DNA from: Horticoccus luteus
GTDB taxonomy: Bacteria; Verrucomicrobiota; Verrucomicrobiia; Opitutales; Opitutaceae
Assembly: GCF_019464535.1 (NCBI RefSeq)
Contig: NZ_CP080507.1
Location: 3,930,001 to 3,962,000 of the forward strand
DNA: 32,000 nt
Reading direction: 5' to 3'
Below the pieces are notes generated by a model that did not search any database, had not been told where the DNA came from, and worked only from the letters and a program-made list of their open reading frames with translations. The stretch's first letter is position 1. The number at the start of each line of letters is the position of its first letter. Positions 1-9,344 of the stretch are shown piece after piece. A program made the translations under genes and the position numbers.

Positions 1-804
1 CGTGATGGGCTCAAAATCATTCGCATTAAACGTAAACGGATACACGCCGCCATCCCACCCGACCACGTCGAACGGATGACTCGCCAGCACCACGCGCGTG
101 AGCCGCGCCCGATCCTTGAGCAACACCGCAAAGTCGCCTTCCTCGTCGCGCACCGCGAGCTCCGTCGGGCCATGAAAATCCCTTTCGCTGTAAGGCGCGC
201 CGAGCCGGATCTGCCCCTCCGGATGCAGATAGCGCGCCGGGATGCGCACGGGGTGCGCCGACTCCAAAATCAAATAGTCCTCATGCGTCACGTCATCCGG
301 CACGAGGCGATAAATCGCACCGCGCGGAATCACCATGTAATCGTCCTGCCGGTAGCGCAGACGTCCGAAATTGCTCTCCAACCATCCGCCGCCGCGCCAC
401 ACGAAGATGATGTCGTCGCTCTGCCCGTTGCGGTAGAACTCGTAACCCTCCGCCATCGCCGTCGCCGGCCGGCAACGATGACACGTGATGTCGGCGTTGA
501 AAAAAATCGGCACGCGTCCCGTGTAAGGATCGCCCCGCCGCGGCAGGTCGGCCGTCTTTATATGATGGTGCCGGAGCGGTGCCGGCCCCGCCGCCCGCGG
601 CGCCATCTCGCGCAGCAGCTCCACGCTCTTCACCCGTGTCGGCGGTTTGCGGTGATAGAGAATCGAGTAAGCCCGGTCGAAACCCTCCGTCGTGACGATG
701 TGCTCGTAGTGCAGCCCTTCGCCTTTGAAGCTCTCGCCCGCCGCGCGCGGAAAGCGAATGTGGTGCTTCCGCGGGATCTCTCCCAGTTTTACATAGTGCG
801 GCAT
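1..804 (-). CDS. hmgA: homogentisate 1,2-dioxygenase, N-terminal 268 codons (3' end lies beyond the window start)
   Basis: The minus-strand frame is open from position 1 to the ATG at 802-804. It is absent from the ORF track because it runs off the edge. My own translation reads MPHYVKLGEIPRKHHIRF...GYEFYRNGQSDDIIFVWRGGG...HPFDVVGWDGGVYPFTFNANDFEPIT, which resembles homogentisate dioxygenase. It lies directly downstream of hppD on the same strand. Confidence 0.8.
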   Translation of the reverse strand, partial: MPHYVKLGEIPRKHHIRFPRAAGESFKGEGLHYEHIVTTEGFDRAYSILYHRKPPTRVKSVELLREMAPRAAGPAPLRHHHIKTADLPRRGDPYTGRVPIFFNADITCHRCRPATAMAEGYEFYRNGQSDDIIFVWRGGGWLESNFGRLRYRQDDYMVIPRGAIYRLVPDDVTHEDYLILESAHPVRIPARYLHPEGQIRLGAPYSERDFHGPTELAVRDEEGDFAVLLKDRARLTRVVLASHPFDVVGWDGGVYPFTFNANDFEPIT

Positions 805-905
805 GGCGTGGTGTCGGTTGGCTAGGTTCCGGTTGTTCGGCGCGTGCTCGGTCGGAGCGCCATGTTCTCTGTCTGGTAAGCGATCGCGGTGCGCATCCTG
901 CGTCC

Positions 906-2018
906 TCAGAGCGCTCCCCGTTTCGCCTGCTCGCGCTCGATCGCCTCGAACAGCGCGCGGAAATTTCCTTCGCCAAAACCCAGCGCCCGCCCCCGCCGCT
1001 GGATCACTTCGAAGAACAACGTCGGCCGCGCGAAGACGCACTTCGTGAACAACTGCAGCAGGTAGCCTTCGTGGTCGCGATCCACCAGAATCTTCAGCCG
1101 CTTCAACTCCTCCTTGTCCTCCTCGATTGTCCCGATCCGTTCGTCAAACGCCGCGTCGTAATAGCTCTCCGGCACGTCGAGAAAATCCTGCCCCATCCGT
1201 CGCATCTCCGCCACCGTCGCCACGATGTTCGGCGTCAGCAGCGCGATGTGCTGCACGCCCGGCCCGTTGTATTTGTCCAGAAACTCCTGGATCTGCGAAT
1301 TCTGCGACGACGGTTCGTTGATCGGCAATTTCACCCACCCGTCCGTCGAGCTCACCACTTTCGACATCAGCGCGCTGCGCCCGGTATTGATGTCGAAGTG
1401 CATGAACAAATCGAACCCGAAGATCTTTTCATAAAACTCCACCCACTCCTCCATGTGCTCCACGTTGGCGACCACGTGGTCGATCATCGCGAAGTGAATA
1501 TCGCCGTCCTCGAAGCCACCCGGCACAGGCCGGTAGCCGGGCGCGAAGTCCGTGTGCGGCTTGCGCTCGATGAAGGTGTGCAACGTGTCCCCATAGGCCG
1601 CGATCGATCCACCGTTGAACGAGTCATGTTCGTCCAGCGGCCGCACCACCTTCGCCCCGCGGCGCGCCGCTTCCGCCAGCGCCGCCCGCGCATCCTTCAC
1701 GCGGAACGCCACGTCGCGCACGCCGTTCCCATGCTCCGCCAGATGCCAGCGCATGAAGTCCGCTTCCGGCCCCGTGCCCTGCGGTTCCGCCAAGAGGAAA
1801 TTGATGCGTCCCTGGCCCACCACGTGCGCCCGCCGGCCCGCCACCCCGCTCGCGGCATCCGCATAAAACCGCCGCGCCATCCCGTATTTGTTGACGAAGA
1901 AATCCGCCCACTGGTCCGCGTCATCGACGATGAACTCGATATGATCAATGCCTTTCAGGCCCAGCGGATTTGAACCGGTTTTGCGTTCGAGCGCGGATTC
2001 GAAAAAAATGGCGGGCAT
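906..2018 (-). CDS. hppD: 4-hydroxyphenylpyruvate dioxygenase
   Basis: Track ORF 906..2084 (-). The product has two VOC/glyoxalase-like halves (IDHIEFIVDD..., IDHVVANVEHMEEWVEFYEKIFGF...) and the HPPD-type C-terminus FFEVIQRRG...GFGEGNFRALFEAIEREQ. I trimmed the start to the internal ATG at 2016-2018 (MPAIFFESALE...). The 22-codon upstream extension is Arg/Pro-rich and unlikely to be coding. Confidence 0.88.
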   Translation of the reverse strand: MPAIFFESALERKTGSNPLGLKGIDHIEFIVDDADQWADFFVNKYGMARRFYADAASGVAGRRAHVVGQGRINFLLAEPQGTGPEADFMRWHLAEHGNGVRDVAFRVKDARAALAEAARRGAKVVRPLDEHDSFNGGSIAAYGDTLHTFIERKPHTDFAPGYRPVPGGFEDGDIHFAMIDHVVANVEHMEEWVEFYEKIFGFDLFMHFDINTGRSALMSKVVSSTDGWVKLPINEPSSQNSQIQEFLDKYNGPGVQHIALLTPNIVATVAEMRRMGQDFLDVPESYYDAAFDERIGTIEEDKEELKRLKILVDRDHEGYLLQLFTKCVFARPTLFFEVIQRRGRALGFGEGNFRALFEAIEREQAKRGAL

Positions 2019-2179
2019 GACACGGAGCGGGTTGGAGGAGCGAGCGCGCGCAGGGCGCCAGGTGAAAGGAAGCAGCGCCACCATAAGCGCGGGAGCCGGC
2101 CGCCGCCATACGCCGAACGGCGTAAACTTTCACCCGCCTTGGGATTGCGCTCCCGCGGCCGTTTCGTTTCCCTCGCTCC

Positions 2180-3328
2180 GTGGCTCCCGCGACCTCCCCC
2201 TCCGCGTCCCCCTCCACCTCCGCCGGCCCTGCGCGTCATGGCGACCCGCTGCGCCGCGTCCACGCCGCCCTCACTTTGCCGGAGCTCTGGCTGGCGCTGC
2301 GCACGCTCAGTCATGACCTGCTGCCCGCCCGCGCCCTCACGTTTTCGGTGGGCTGCAACGACGACGGTCGTCCGCGCAAAATCTACCGCCATGCGCATCC
2401 GCCGACGCCGCGCGAATTGCGCCAAGCCGATCCGCAATACCCGTGGCTCGCGGCCCACCCCGGCGCCGCCGTTTACCGCCTCAGCGATTTCGACGCGGAG
2501 TTCACCCCTTCCGCCACGTTCCGCGAGCGCGTGATGCGCCGCGCGGGCTGGGACCATCTCCTCGGCCTCGCCGCGTGGAGCGGCCGCGTGCTCCACGGCA
2601 CGTTCAATGTCCACCGCGCCACCGCGGACGGTGATTTTTCCTCGCGCGAAATCGCCCTCGCCCGCGACCTCCAGCCCGCCTTCGAAACCGCCCTCACCCG
2701 CGTCCTCGCCCACGAGCAAACCGGGTTTCTCGCCGGACACTTCGCCGCGATGCTCGAAGACGTCCCCGTCGGCCTTCTCCTTCTCGACTGGGATTTGCGC
2801 CCTCTGTGGTTCAACGGCGAAGCCGCACACGCGTGTTCGGTGTGGAATCACGGGGAACGCCGCGCCGCCGCGCTCAACCCCCGCCGCTCCTTCCGCGTGC
2901 CCAGCCCCCTCGCGGACGCCTGCGCCGCCGTGCGGGCCGAGTGGGAGCAGCGCAACGGCGCACCGGTTGAGCCCGGCCATCATCCCGTGGTCATCAGTGA
3001 ACACCCGCTCGGCCTCCACGCCCAGATCGCTCTCTGCGCGCTGCCCGCGAGTCCCCTCCTCCCGCCCGCCTTTCACGTCCAACTCGACTATCGCCGCCCG
3101 CGCGGCGACCGCCATCGCCCCCTTTCGCCCGGCGCTGTCGCGCTCCTCGCCCGCCTTTCCGCCCGCGAACGCGAGGTTGCGATGCGCGTGCGTGAGGGCC
3201 TTCGCACCGTCGAGATCGCTCACGAGCTCACCCGCAGTCCGCTCACGATCAAGACCCAGCTTGCCGCCATCTTCGCCAAGCTCAACGTCCGCGGCCGCTC
3301 CCGCGTCGCCGCCTTGCTCAACCGCTGA
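2180..3328 (+). CDS. LuxR-family transcriptional regulator (C-terminal HTH, uncharacterised N-terminal sensor-like region)
   Basis: The C-terminus LSAREREVAMRVREGLRTVEIAHELTRSPLTIKTQLAAIFAKLNVRGRSRVAALL is a typical LuxR/GerE HTH. The gene is divergent from hppD. The start codon is uncertain. Confidence 0.72.
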   Translation: MAPATSPSASPSTSAGPARHGDPLRRVHAALTLPELWLALRTLSHDLLPARALTFSVGCNDDGRPRKIYRHAHPPTPRELRQADPQYPWLAAHPGAAVYRLSDFDAEFTPSATFRERVMRRAGWDHLLGLAAWSGRVLHGTFNVHRATADGDFSSREIALARDLQPAFETALTRVLAHEQTGFLAGHFAAMLEDVPVGLLLLDWDLRPLWFNGEAAHACSVWNHGERRAAALNPRRSFRVPSPLADACAAVRAEWEQRNGAPVEPGHHPVVISEHPLGLHAQIALCALPASPLLPPAFHVQLDYRRPRGDRHRPLSPGAVALLARLSAREREVAMRVREGLRTVEIAHELTRSPLTIKTQLAAIFAKLNVRGRSRVAALLNR

Positions 3329-3354
3329 CGCCCCGCGCTGTCCGGTCCGTCGTC

Positions 3355-4275
3355 CTACTCGCGCGCCGCCACCGGTGTCCGCAGCACGCCGATCCGCTCG
3401 ATCTCCAACTCCACCACGTCGCCCGGCTTCAGCCAACCGCCCGTGTTCTCCGGGCCCAGCTCGAGAATGCACCCCGTCCCGACCGTGCCCGTGCCCAGCA
3501 GATCGCCGGGCAACAGATCCACGTCGCGCGAAGCGTGCGCAATCAGCCGCGGAATCGAATGGTGCAACGCCGCCACATTGCCGCGCGACAACGTCCGGCC
3601 GTTCACCCGCGCGGTCATGTCGAGCGTCAGCCGCTCGCCCTCAATCCGATCCGCCACCGCGTCGCGGCTCACGAGCCACGGCCCCACCGAAGTCGCGAAA
3701 TCCTTGCCCTTCGCCGGGCCCAGTCCCACCGCCATCTCCGCGCGCTGCAAATCCCGCGCACTCCAGTCGTTGATGATCGTGAAACCCGCCACGTGCGCCC
3801 ACGCATTCTCCGGTTCGATGTCGCGGCCGCCCCGCCCAAGCACCACGCCGAGTTCGAGTTCGTAGTCCAGTTCCTGCGATCCGCGCGGCGCGCTCACCGG
3901 CGCTTCATGCCCGATCAACGCGTGATGATTCGAAAAATAGAAAACCGGGATCTCATACCACGCGGGCACCATCGCCAGCCCCCGCCGCGCGCGCGCCGTT
4001 TTCACGTGTTGCTCAAACGCGTAGAAATCCCGGAACGACGGCGGACGCACCGGCGGCATGAATACGAACTCACTCTCCCGGTAACGCGGCCCCGCCCATT
4101 CCGCCGTGCGCTTCGCCAGCGCTGCGCCGTGCTGCAGCCACCAAGGCAACGCCTCCTCCAGCCGTCCGCAGTCGCGGCCCATCGCCGCGGCCAGCTCGAT
4201 CCACGCGCCGTCCGGCCCGGCCACCACCGGCACCGCCTCTCTCGCTCCCCGCGGAAGTATCGTCGCGCAACGCAT
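3355..4275 (-). CDS. fumarylacetoacetate hydrolase (FAH) family protein
   Basis: Track ORF 3355..4551 (-), trimmed to the ATG at 4273-4275 (MRCATILPRG...). It carries FAH-fold motifs: ELDYELELGVVLGRGGRDI, GFTIINDWSARDLQ, GPAKGKDFATSVGPW, LLPGDLLGTGTVGTG. It sits in a Tyr-catabolism context. Confidence 0.8.
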   Translation of the reverse strand: MRCATILPRGAREAVPVVAGPDGAWIELAAAMGRDCGRLEEALPWWLQHGAALAKRTAEWAGPRYRESEFVFMPPVRPPSFRDFYAFEQHVKTARARRGLAMVPAWYEIPVFYFSNHHALIGHEAPVSAPRGSQELDYELELGVVLGRGGRDIEPENAWAHVAGFTIINDWSARDLQRAEMAVGLGPAKGKDFATSVGPWLVSRDAVADRIEGERLTLDMTARVNGRTLSRGNVAALHHSIPRLIAHASRDVDLLPGDLLGTGTVGTGCILELGPENTGGWLKPGDVVELEIERIGVLRTPVAARE

Positions 4276-4462
4276 CGGCCAATCCCGCGACCTTACATTC
4301 CTTCCGCCCACGGTCCACTCTTTCCCGGCCAGGGATGATGCCTTCCACTCGGCGGCGTCGCGGGCGATTAGTCTCTTCGGCGTATGTTCGCCCGACCCTG
4401 GACGGACTACATTGCGCGCGTTGTTCCCTGCGCCGCGTCCTCCCCTCCGACCCCGTTTACCC

Positions 4463-5263
4463 ATGCTTAGTCCCACTCCCTCCGCGGCGCCTCCCACCTC
4501 CAGCACCGATCCGCGCTGCGTGCCGATCAAGCTCACCGCGGCGATTCCCATCGCCGACGACTGCCCGTATCCGGCCTACACCGCCGAGGACCACGCCGTC
4601 TGGCGCGAGCTCTGCACCCGCCAGCAAAAACTCCTGCCCGGGCGCGCCGCCGATGAGTTTCTCTCCGGCCTCCTCGCGCTCGGCCTCGACCAGACGCACA
4701 TCCCCGCCCTCGCCGACGTCAGCCGCCGCCTCGAAGCCACCACCTCGTGGCGTCTCGCGCGCACGCCCGGCTTGCTCGCCGCTCCCGATTTCTTCGCGCA
4801 CCTCGCCCGCCGCATCTTTCCCTGCACCGACTATATTCGCGCACGCGCCGAGCTCGACTATACGCCCGCACCCGACTGCTTCCACGACATCTTCGGGCAC
4901 ACGCCCATGATCATGCACCCGCGCTTCGCCGATTTTTATCAGAAGATCGGCCAGGCCGCACTCAACTGCCGCGATCCCGCCGTCGAGGAGCAACTCACCC
5001 GCCTCTATTGGTTCACCGTCGAATTCGGCCTCATCAAAAACCGTGCCGGCCTCCGCATCTACGGCAACGGTATCATCTCCAGCTTCGGCGAGACGCAGCA
5101 CAGTCTTACGCCCGCCGTGCGCCAGCGCCCGTTCGTCCCCGAAGAAGTCGCCGCGCAACCTTACGACATCTGGCATTTTCAGGAAACGCTCTTCGTCATC
5201 GACTCCTTCGATCACCTCGAACGTGAGTTCGTACACTGGGCCCGCGCCCACCACCTCCTCTGA
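4463..5263 (+). CDS. phhA: phenylalanine 4-hydroxylase (aromatic amino acid hydroxylase)
   Basis: Track ORF 4106..5263 (+), trimmed to the ATG at 4463 (MLSPTPS...). The iron-ligand region is PDCFHDIFGHTPMIMHPRFADFY, followed by YWFTVEFGLI and RIYGNGIISSFGE. Confidence 0.85.
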   Translation: MLSPTPSAAPPTSSTDPRCVPIKLTAAIPIADDCPYPAYTAEDHAVWRELCTRQQKLLPGRAADEFLSGLLALGLDQTHIPALADVSRRLEATTSWRLARTPGLLAAPDFFAHLARRIFPCTDYIRARAELDYTPAPDCFHDIFGHTPMIMHPRFADFYQKIGQAALNCRDPAVEEQLTRLYWFTVEFGLIKNRAGLRIYGNGIISSFGETQHSLTPAVRQRPFVPEEVAAQPYDIWHFQETLFVIDSFDHLEREFVHWARAHHLL

Positions 5264-5325
5264 CGTAGTCGCGCGTCGCCGACGCTCAACGCGCGCCCGC
5301 CGCCAGCGCGCGTTTTCTTCACCGC

Positions 5326-5339
5326 TTGATTCAAATCAA
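5326..5339. promoter_or_regulatory. perfect FNR/CRP-family box TTGAT-N4-ATCAA
   Basis: The sequence TTGATtcaaATCAA is read directly at 5326-5339, 34 nt upstream of the 5373 ATG. A Crp/Fnr regulator with an E--SR recognition helix is encoded at 10083-10799. Confidence 0.55.
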
Positions 5340-5372
5340 CGCGTTTTCGCGGACGCGCTCTAACCTGCGGCC

Positions 5373-6188
5373 ATGTCCGCCACCGCCTGTCCGCCGACCG
5401 CCGCGCTTCCCCGACCGCGCGCCCGCAGTCTCTTTCTGCCCAAGGAGCACGGTTCATGGTCGCTCACGCTCGAGCCCGTCGCGCTCGGCCTGCTCGTGGC
5501 TCCCTCGCTCGGCGCCGGTGGTCTCGCCCTCGTAGCGACCTCTCTGTTTCTCGCGCGCCGCCCCGTGAAACTCGCGCTCGACCTCGATGCGCCTGCCGCC
5601 CGCCGATTGCCCGCCGCGGGCACCGTGGCGCTGTTCGGTGCTCTCGCCACCGCCGGCTTTGTGCTCGCCGTGCAGCCGGGGGGATTCACTGCGTTGTGGC
5701 CGCTCGCGTTTGCCCTGCCGTTTGCGGGGATGTTCGCATTGTTTGACGCGCAAGGCCTCGGCCGCACGGCGTTCGCCGAGATCGCCGGCGCCACGGCTTA
5801 CGCCGCCATCCCCGCCGCGTGCGCCACCCTCGCCGGCTGGTCCTCCCCCGCCGCGCTCGCCCTCGGTTCCCTGGTCCTGCTGCGCAGTGTGCCCGCGGTT
5901 GTCTTGGTCCGCGGTTGCCTGCGCCGCCGCAAATACGACGACACCCTCGTCGCGCGCCTCGGCGTCTTTCTCGCCGCCGCTGCGCTGATCGCCGTCATGC
6001 CGCTCGCGCTCACCCACGCCGTGCCGCCACTCGCGGCCGTCGCCGTGGCGCTGCTCTTTTTTCGTTCGCTCTGGTTCGTCACTCCGGCCGCCCGCACATG
6101 GTCCGCGAAACGACTGGGCTTGACGGAAGCTGTTATTGGCATCGGGTATCTCGGTCTTCTCGCCCTCGCTTACGCGAGGCTTCGTTGA
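5373..6188 (+). CDS. YwiC-like polytopic membrane protein (function unknown)
   Basis: The product is a 271-aa hydrophobic protein with about 8 predicted helices. Its N-terminal KEHGSWSL motif is reminiscent of the YwiC-like family. It lies immediately upstream of nirK. The family call is from memory. Confidence 0.55.
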   Translation: MSATACPPTAALPRPRARSLFLPKEHGSWSLTLEPVALGLLVAPSLGAGGLALVATSLFLARRPVKLALDLDAPAARRLPAAGTVALFGALATAGFVLAVQPGGFTALWPLAFALPFAGMFALFDAQGLGRTAFAEIAGATAYAAIPAACATLAGWSSPAALALGSLVLLRSVPAVVLVRGCLRRRKYDDTLVARLGVFLAAAALIAVMPLALTHAVPPLAAVAVALLFFRSLWFVTPAARTWSAKRLGLTEAVIGIGYLGLLALAYARLR

Positions 6189-6198
6189 CGCTCGTCAA
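6185..6198. promoter_or_regulatory. FNR/Dnr/NnrR-type palindrome TTGAC-N4-GTCAA upstream of nirK
   Basis: The sequence TTGACgctcGTCAA at 6185-6198 is a perfect inverted repeat. It overlaps the stop codon of the upstream gene and ends 48 nt before the nirK ATG (6247). Confidence 0.5.
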
Positions 6199-6246
6199 TG
6201 CCGCCGCTGCTGCGGTGGTTTAACATAACCCCTGAGTCCCGTCCCT

Positions 6247-7767
6247 ATGCCTCCTCTCTATCGCCGCCGCCTTCCTCTGCTCCTCGCGCTCGCGACTCTG
6301 CTCGCCGCCCCGGCGTGGCTCTCGGCGCAGGAAACGATCGAGCAACCCAAAGGCCCCGCGCCCCTCCCGCCCGAGTTGCAAACGCTCCCCGTCGAGCACG
6401 CCGTCCTCGTCGCCCCGCCCCACGTCCCGCCGCCGATCACGCGCGACCATCCGGCCCGCGTCGTCATCAACCTTGAAGTCCGCGAGCTCATCAAGCACCT
6501 CGCCGACGGCGTGGATTACACCTTCTGGACCTTCGGCGGCGACGTCCCCGGAAATTTCCTCCGCGTGCGCGAGGGCGACTTGGTGGAGTTTCACCTCAAC
6601 AACGACCCGTCCTCGAAACTGCCGCACAACATCGATCTTCACGCCGTCAACGGTCCCGGCGGCGGCGCCACGTCCGCGTTCACCGCGCCCGGCCACACCT
6701 CGCAGTTTACGTTTCAGGCCCTCAACCCCGGCCTCTACGTTTACCACTGCGCCACCGCCCCCGTGCCCATGCACATCGGCAACGGCATGTATGGCCTCAT
6801 CCTCGTCCAGCCCAAGGCCGGCCTCCCGCCCGTCGACCGCGAATACTATGTGATGCAGGGCGAGTTCTACACCACCGGCCGCTTCGGCGACGAAGGCCTG
6901 CAATCCTTCGATATGAACAAAGCCCTCGACGAACGCCCCCCGTATGTGGTGTTCAACGGCGCCGTCGGCTCGCTCGTCGGCGACCACGCCCTCACCGCCA
7001 ATGTCGGCGAAACCGTCCGCATTTTCTTCGGCGACGGCGGCCCCAATCTCACCTCCTCGTTTCACGTCATCGGCGAAATCTTCGATCGCGTTTATCCCGA
7101 GGGCGCCCTCGGGAATCCGGTCGAAAACGTGCAAACCACCACCGTCCCTTCCGGCGGCGCGACCATGGTCGAGTTCAAGGTCAACGTCCCCGGCACCTAC
7201 GTCCTCGTCGATCACGCCGTCACCCGCGCCTTCAACAAAGGCGCCCTCGGCCTCCTCAAGGTCAGCGGCGCGGAAGATCGCGCGATCTACTCCGGCAAGG
7301 AAATCGACGCCGTCTATCTCGGCTCGCAAGCCCCCGAAGGCTCCGCCTCCGCCCGCCGCGAAGCCGACCTCAAAAAGCAGATCGCTGCCGAAATTAAATC
7401 CAATCCCGCGATCGCCGGCCTCACCAAGGAAGTGCAGATCGAAAAGGGCAAACAGGTCTACATGGGCCTCTGCTTCGCCTGCCACCAGCCCGACGGCAAA
7501 GGCCTCCCCGGCATCTTCCCGCCCCTCGCCGGCTCCGACTTCCTCCTCGCCGATCGCGATCGCGCCGTCCGCGTCGTCCTGAAAGGCCTCAGCGGCCCCA
7601 TCACCGTGAGCGGCAAGACCTACAACAGCTCCATGCCCCCGCAGGAAGCCGTCCTCACCGACGCCCAAATCGCCGACGTCGTCACCTACGTGCTTAACTC
7701 CTGGGGCAACAAAGCCGACGCCATCACGACCGATCACGTGAAATCCATCCGCAACGAGATCCACTGA
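6247..7767 (+). CDS. nirK: copper-containing nitrite reductase fused to a C-terminal cytochrome c domain
   Basis: There is a signal peptide ([28 protein letters not shown]). The cupredoxin Cu-ligand motifs are HNIDLHAV and [20 protein letters not shown]. The C-terminal haem-binding motif CFACH lies at 7471-7485, with a downstream SSMPPQ Met ligand. Confidence 0.9.
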   Translation: MPPLYRRRLPLLLALATLLAAPAWLSAQETIEQPKGPAPLPPELQTLPVEHAVLVAPPHVPPPITRDHPARVVINLEVRELIKHLADGVDYTFWTFGGDVPGNFLRVREGDLVEFHLNNDPSSKLPHNIDLHAVNGPGGGATSAFTAPGHTSQFTFQALNPGLYVYHCATAPVPMHIGNGMYGLILVQPKAGLPPVDREYYVMQGEFYTTGRFGDEGLQSFDMNKALDERPPYVVFNGAVGSLVGDHALTANVGETVRIFFGDGGPNLTSSFHVIGEIFDRVYPEGALGNPVENVQTTTVPSGGATMVEFKVNVPGTYVLVDHAVTRAFNKGALGLLKVSGAEDRAIYSGKEIDAVYLGSQAPEGSASARREADLKKQIAAEIKSNPAIAGLTKEVQIEKGKQVYMGLCFACHQPDGKGLPGIFPPLAGSDFLLADRDRAVRVVLKGLSGPITVSGKTYNSSMPPQEAVLTDAQIADVVTYVLNSWGNKADAITTDHVKSIRNEIH

Positions 7768-7801
7768 TCCTCGCCCGCACCTTCGCGTCCTCCGTCTCCT
7801 C

Positions 7802-8650
7802 GTGAACACCGCTCCCGCCTTTCGCTCCAGCGCCCTCGCGCTTGTGTGGCTCGCGGGCGCGGTGCTCCCCGGAGCCGCAGCCCCGACCCCGGCGCCCGCT
7901 CACTCCGCGCCGCCCGCCAGCCGCACCGCCACGATTCTCATTCCTGCGGGCGACTACGTGCCGTTCTCGAAAACCCCCGGCGATGCCCCGCACCAACCCG
8001 TCGCCGCGTTCCGCCTCGACGAGTATCCGGTCACCAATGCCGAGTTCCTCGCCTTCGTGCGCGCTCATCCCCAGTGGCGCCGCTCGCGCGTGAGCCGCCT
8101 CTTCGCCGACTCCACTTATCTCAACCACTGGGCCGCCGACCTCGAACCCGGCCCGGCTGCGCCGCCCGATTCGCCCGTCGTCCAAGTCTCCTGGTTTGCC
8201 GCGCGCGCGTATGCCCGCGCCCTCCACGCGCGCCTCCCCTCCACCGCCGAGTGGGAGTTCGCCGCCGCCGCCGGCTACACCAGCCCCGACGGCAAACATG
8301 ATGCGCAACTCAACCGCGATCTCTATGCATGGTTTGCGCGCCCGTCGCCCGCCGTCCTCCCGTCCATCGCCACCGCGAAAGCCAATTTCTACGGCGTGCG
8401 CGGCCTGCACGGCCTCGTGTGGGAGTGGGTCGACGATTTCAACACCGCCCTCGTCGCCAACGATTCCCGCGCCGACTCCGGCCTCGACCGCGACCTCTTC
8501 TGCGCCGCCGGCGCCGTGAATGTGAAAGACACCAACGACTACGCCGCCTTCATGCGCCAGGCCCTCCGCTCCTCCCTCAAGGCCAACAACACCACCTCCT
8601 CGCTCGGCTTCCGCTGCGCCTACGACGCGCCGCCTCCTCCCGCGCCTTGA
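7802..8650 (+). CDS. formylglycine-generating-enzyme (SUMF1/FGE) family protein, NirV-like
   Basis: The gene has a GTG start and a signal-like N-terminus. FGE-sulfatase domain motifs are present: RLPSTAEWEFAA, GLVWEWVDDF, SLGFRCA. Its position directly downstream of nirK matches the known nirK-nirV arrangement. Confidence 0.72.
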   Translation: MNTAPAFRSSALALVWLAGAVLPGAAAPTPAPAHSAPPASRTATILIPAGDYVPFSKTPGDAPHQPVAAFRLDEYPVTNAEFLAFVRAHPQWRRSRVSRLFADSTYLNHWAADLEPGPAAPPDSPVVQVSWFAARAYARALHARLPSTAEWEFAAAAGYTSPDGKHDAQLNRDLYAWFARPSPAVLPSIATAKANFYGVRGLHGLVWEWVDDFNTALVANDSRADSGLDRDLFCAAGAVNVKDTNDYAAFMRQALRSSLKANNTTSSLGFRCAYDAPPPPAP

Positions 8651-8707
8651 TTCCTCGTGCAGCCCCCGACGCCCTCCTCGCGCCCGTCCCGCCGCCTCTC
8701 CGCCACC

Positions 8708-9319
8708 ATGAAAAAAATTCCTCTCCTGCTTGCTCTCTCCCTCACCGTCATCAGCGCCGCACCTCTCACCGCCGCGCCCGCCTGCTGCGCGCCCGACTCT
8801 CCTTCACCCGCCGTCGCGCCACCCGCCGCGTTTACCAACGAGTCCATTTACCAACTCGACGGTCACTTCACCGATGACTCCGGCCGCCCCTTTGCCCTCG
8901 GCTCCCTGCGCGGCCGCACCGTCGTCCTCGACATGTTTTTTGCCTCCTGCGGCTACGCGTGCCCGCTGACCGTCACCGACATGCTCGGCCTGCAAAACGG
9001 CTTGCCCGCCGACCGCCGTGAACACGTTGCCTTTGTGCTCGTCACCTTCGACGTCGCACACGACACCCCCGCCGTCCTCGCCCGCTACCGCGCCGAACGC
9101 CACCTCGGCGACAACTGGGTTCTCCTCCGCGGCGATGCCTCCACCGTCCGCGAACTCGCCGCCCTCATCGGCGAACACTTCAAGCAAAACGGCGACGGCT
9201 CCTTCTCGCATTCCAATCTCCTCACCGTCCTCAACCCCGAAGGCGAAATCGTGCATCAACGCACCGGCCTCAAAGGCGGCCTCGCCGAAACCGCCCGCGC
9301 CCTCGCCGTCGCTCCCTGA
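8708..9319 (+). CDS. SCO1/SenC family copper chaperone (thioredoxin fold)
   Basis: Track ORF 8657..9319, trimmed to the ATG at 8708 (MKKIPLLLALSLTVISA signal). The CxxxCP motif is FFASCGYACP, and a conserved His follows in FSHSNLL. Confidence 0.8.
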   Translation: MKKIPLLLALSLTVISAAPLTAAPACCAPDSPSPAVAPPAAFTNESIYQLDGHFTDDSGRPFALGSLRGRTVVLDMFFASCGYACPLTVTDMLGLQNGLPADRREHVAFVLVTFDVAHDTPAVLARYRAERHLGDNWVLLRGDASTVRELAALIGEHFKQNGDGSFSHSNLLTVLNPEGEIVHQRTGLKGGLAETARALAVAP

Positions 9320-9344
9320 CTCACTCTCCGCGCTCCCGCCCGCC

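Noticed and set aside
76-825. 249-aa plus-strand ORF at the window start.
   Set aside because: It is Arg/His-rich nonsense. The opposite strand encodes a convincing homogentisate dioxygenase N-terminus that runs off the window edge.
1955-3472. 505-aa minus-strand ORF antisense to the LuxR-type gene, plus other overlapping ORFs in 2139..3773.
   Set aside because: The product is Gly/Ala/Arg-rich low-complexity sequence with no recognisable motifs. Such antisense open frames are expected at this GC content, and the plus-strand frame has a clear LuxR HTH.
6220-7809. 529-aa minus-strand ORF antisense to nirK.
   Set aside because: It mirrors the nirK frame, is Gly/Asp/Ala-rich and lacks motifs. 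nirK on the plus strand has unambiguous Cu and haem c motifs.
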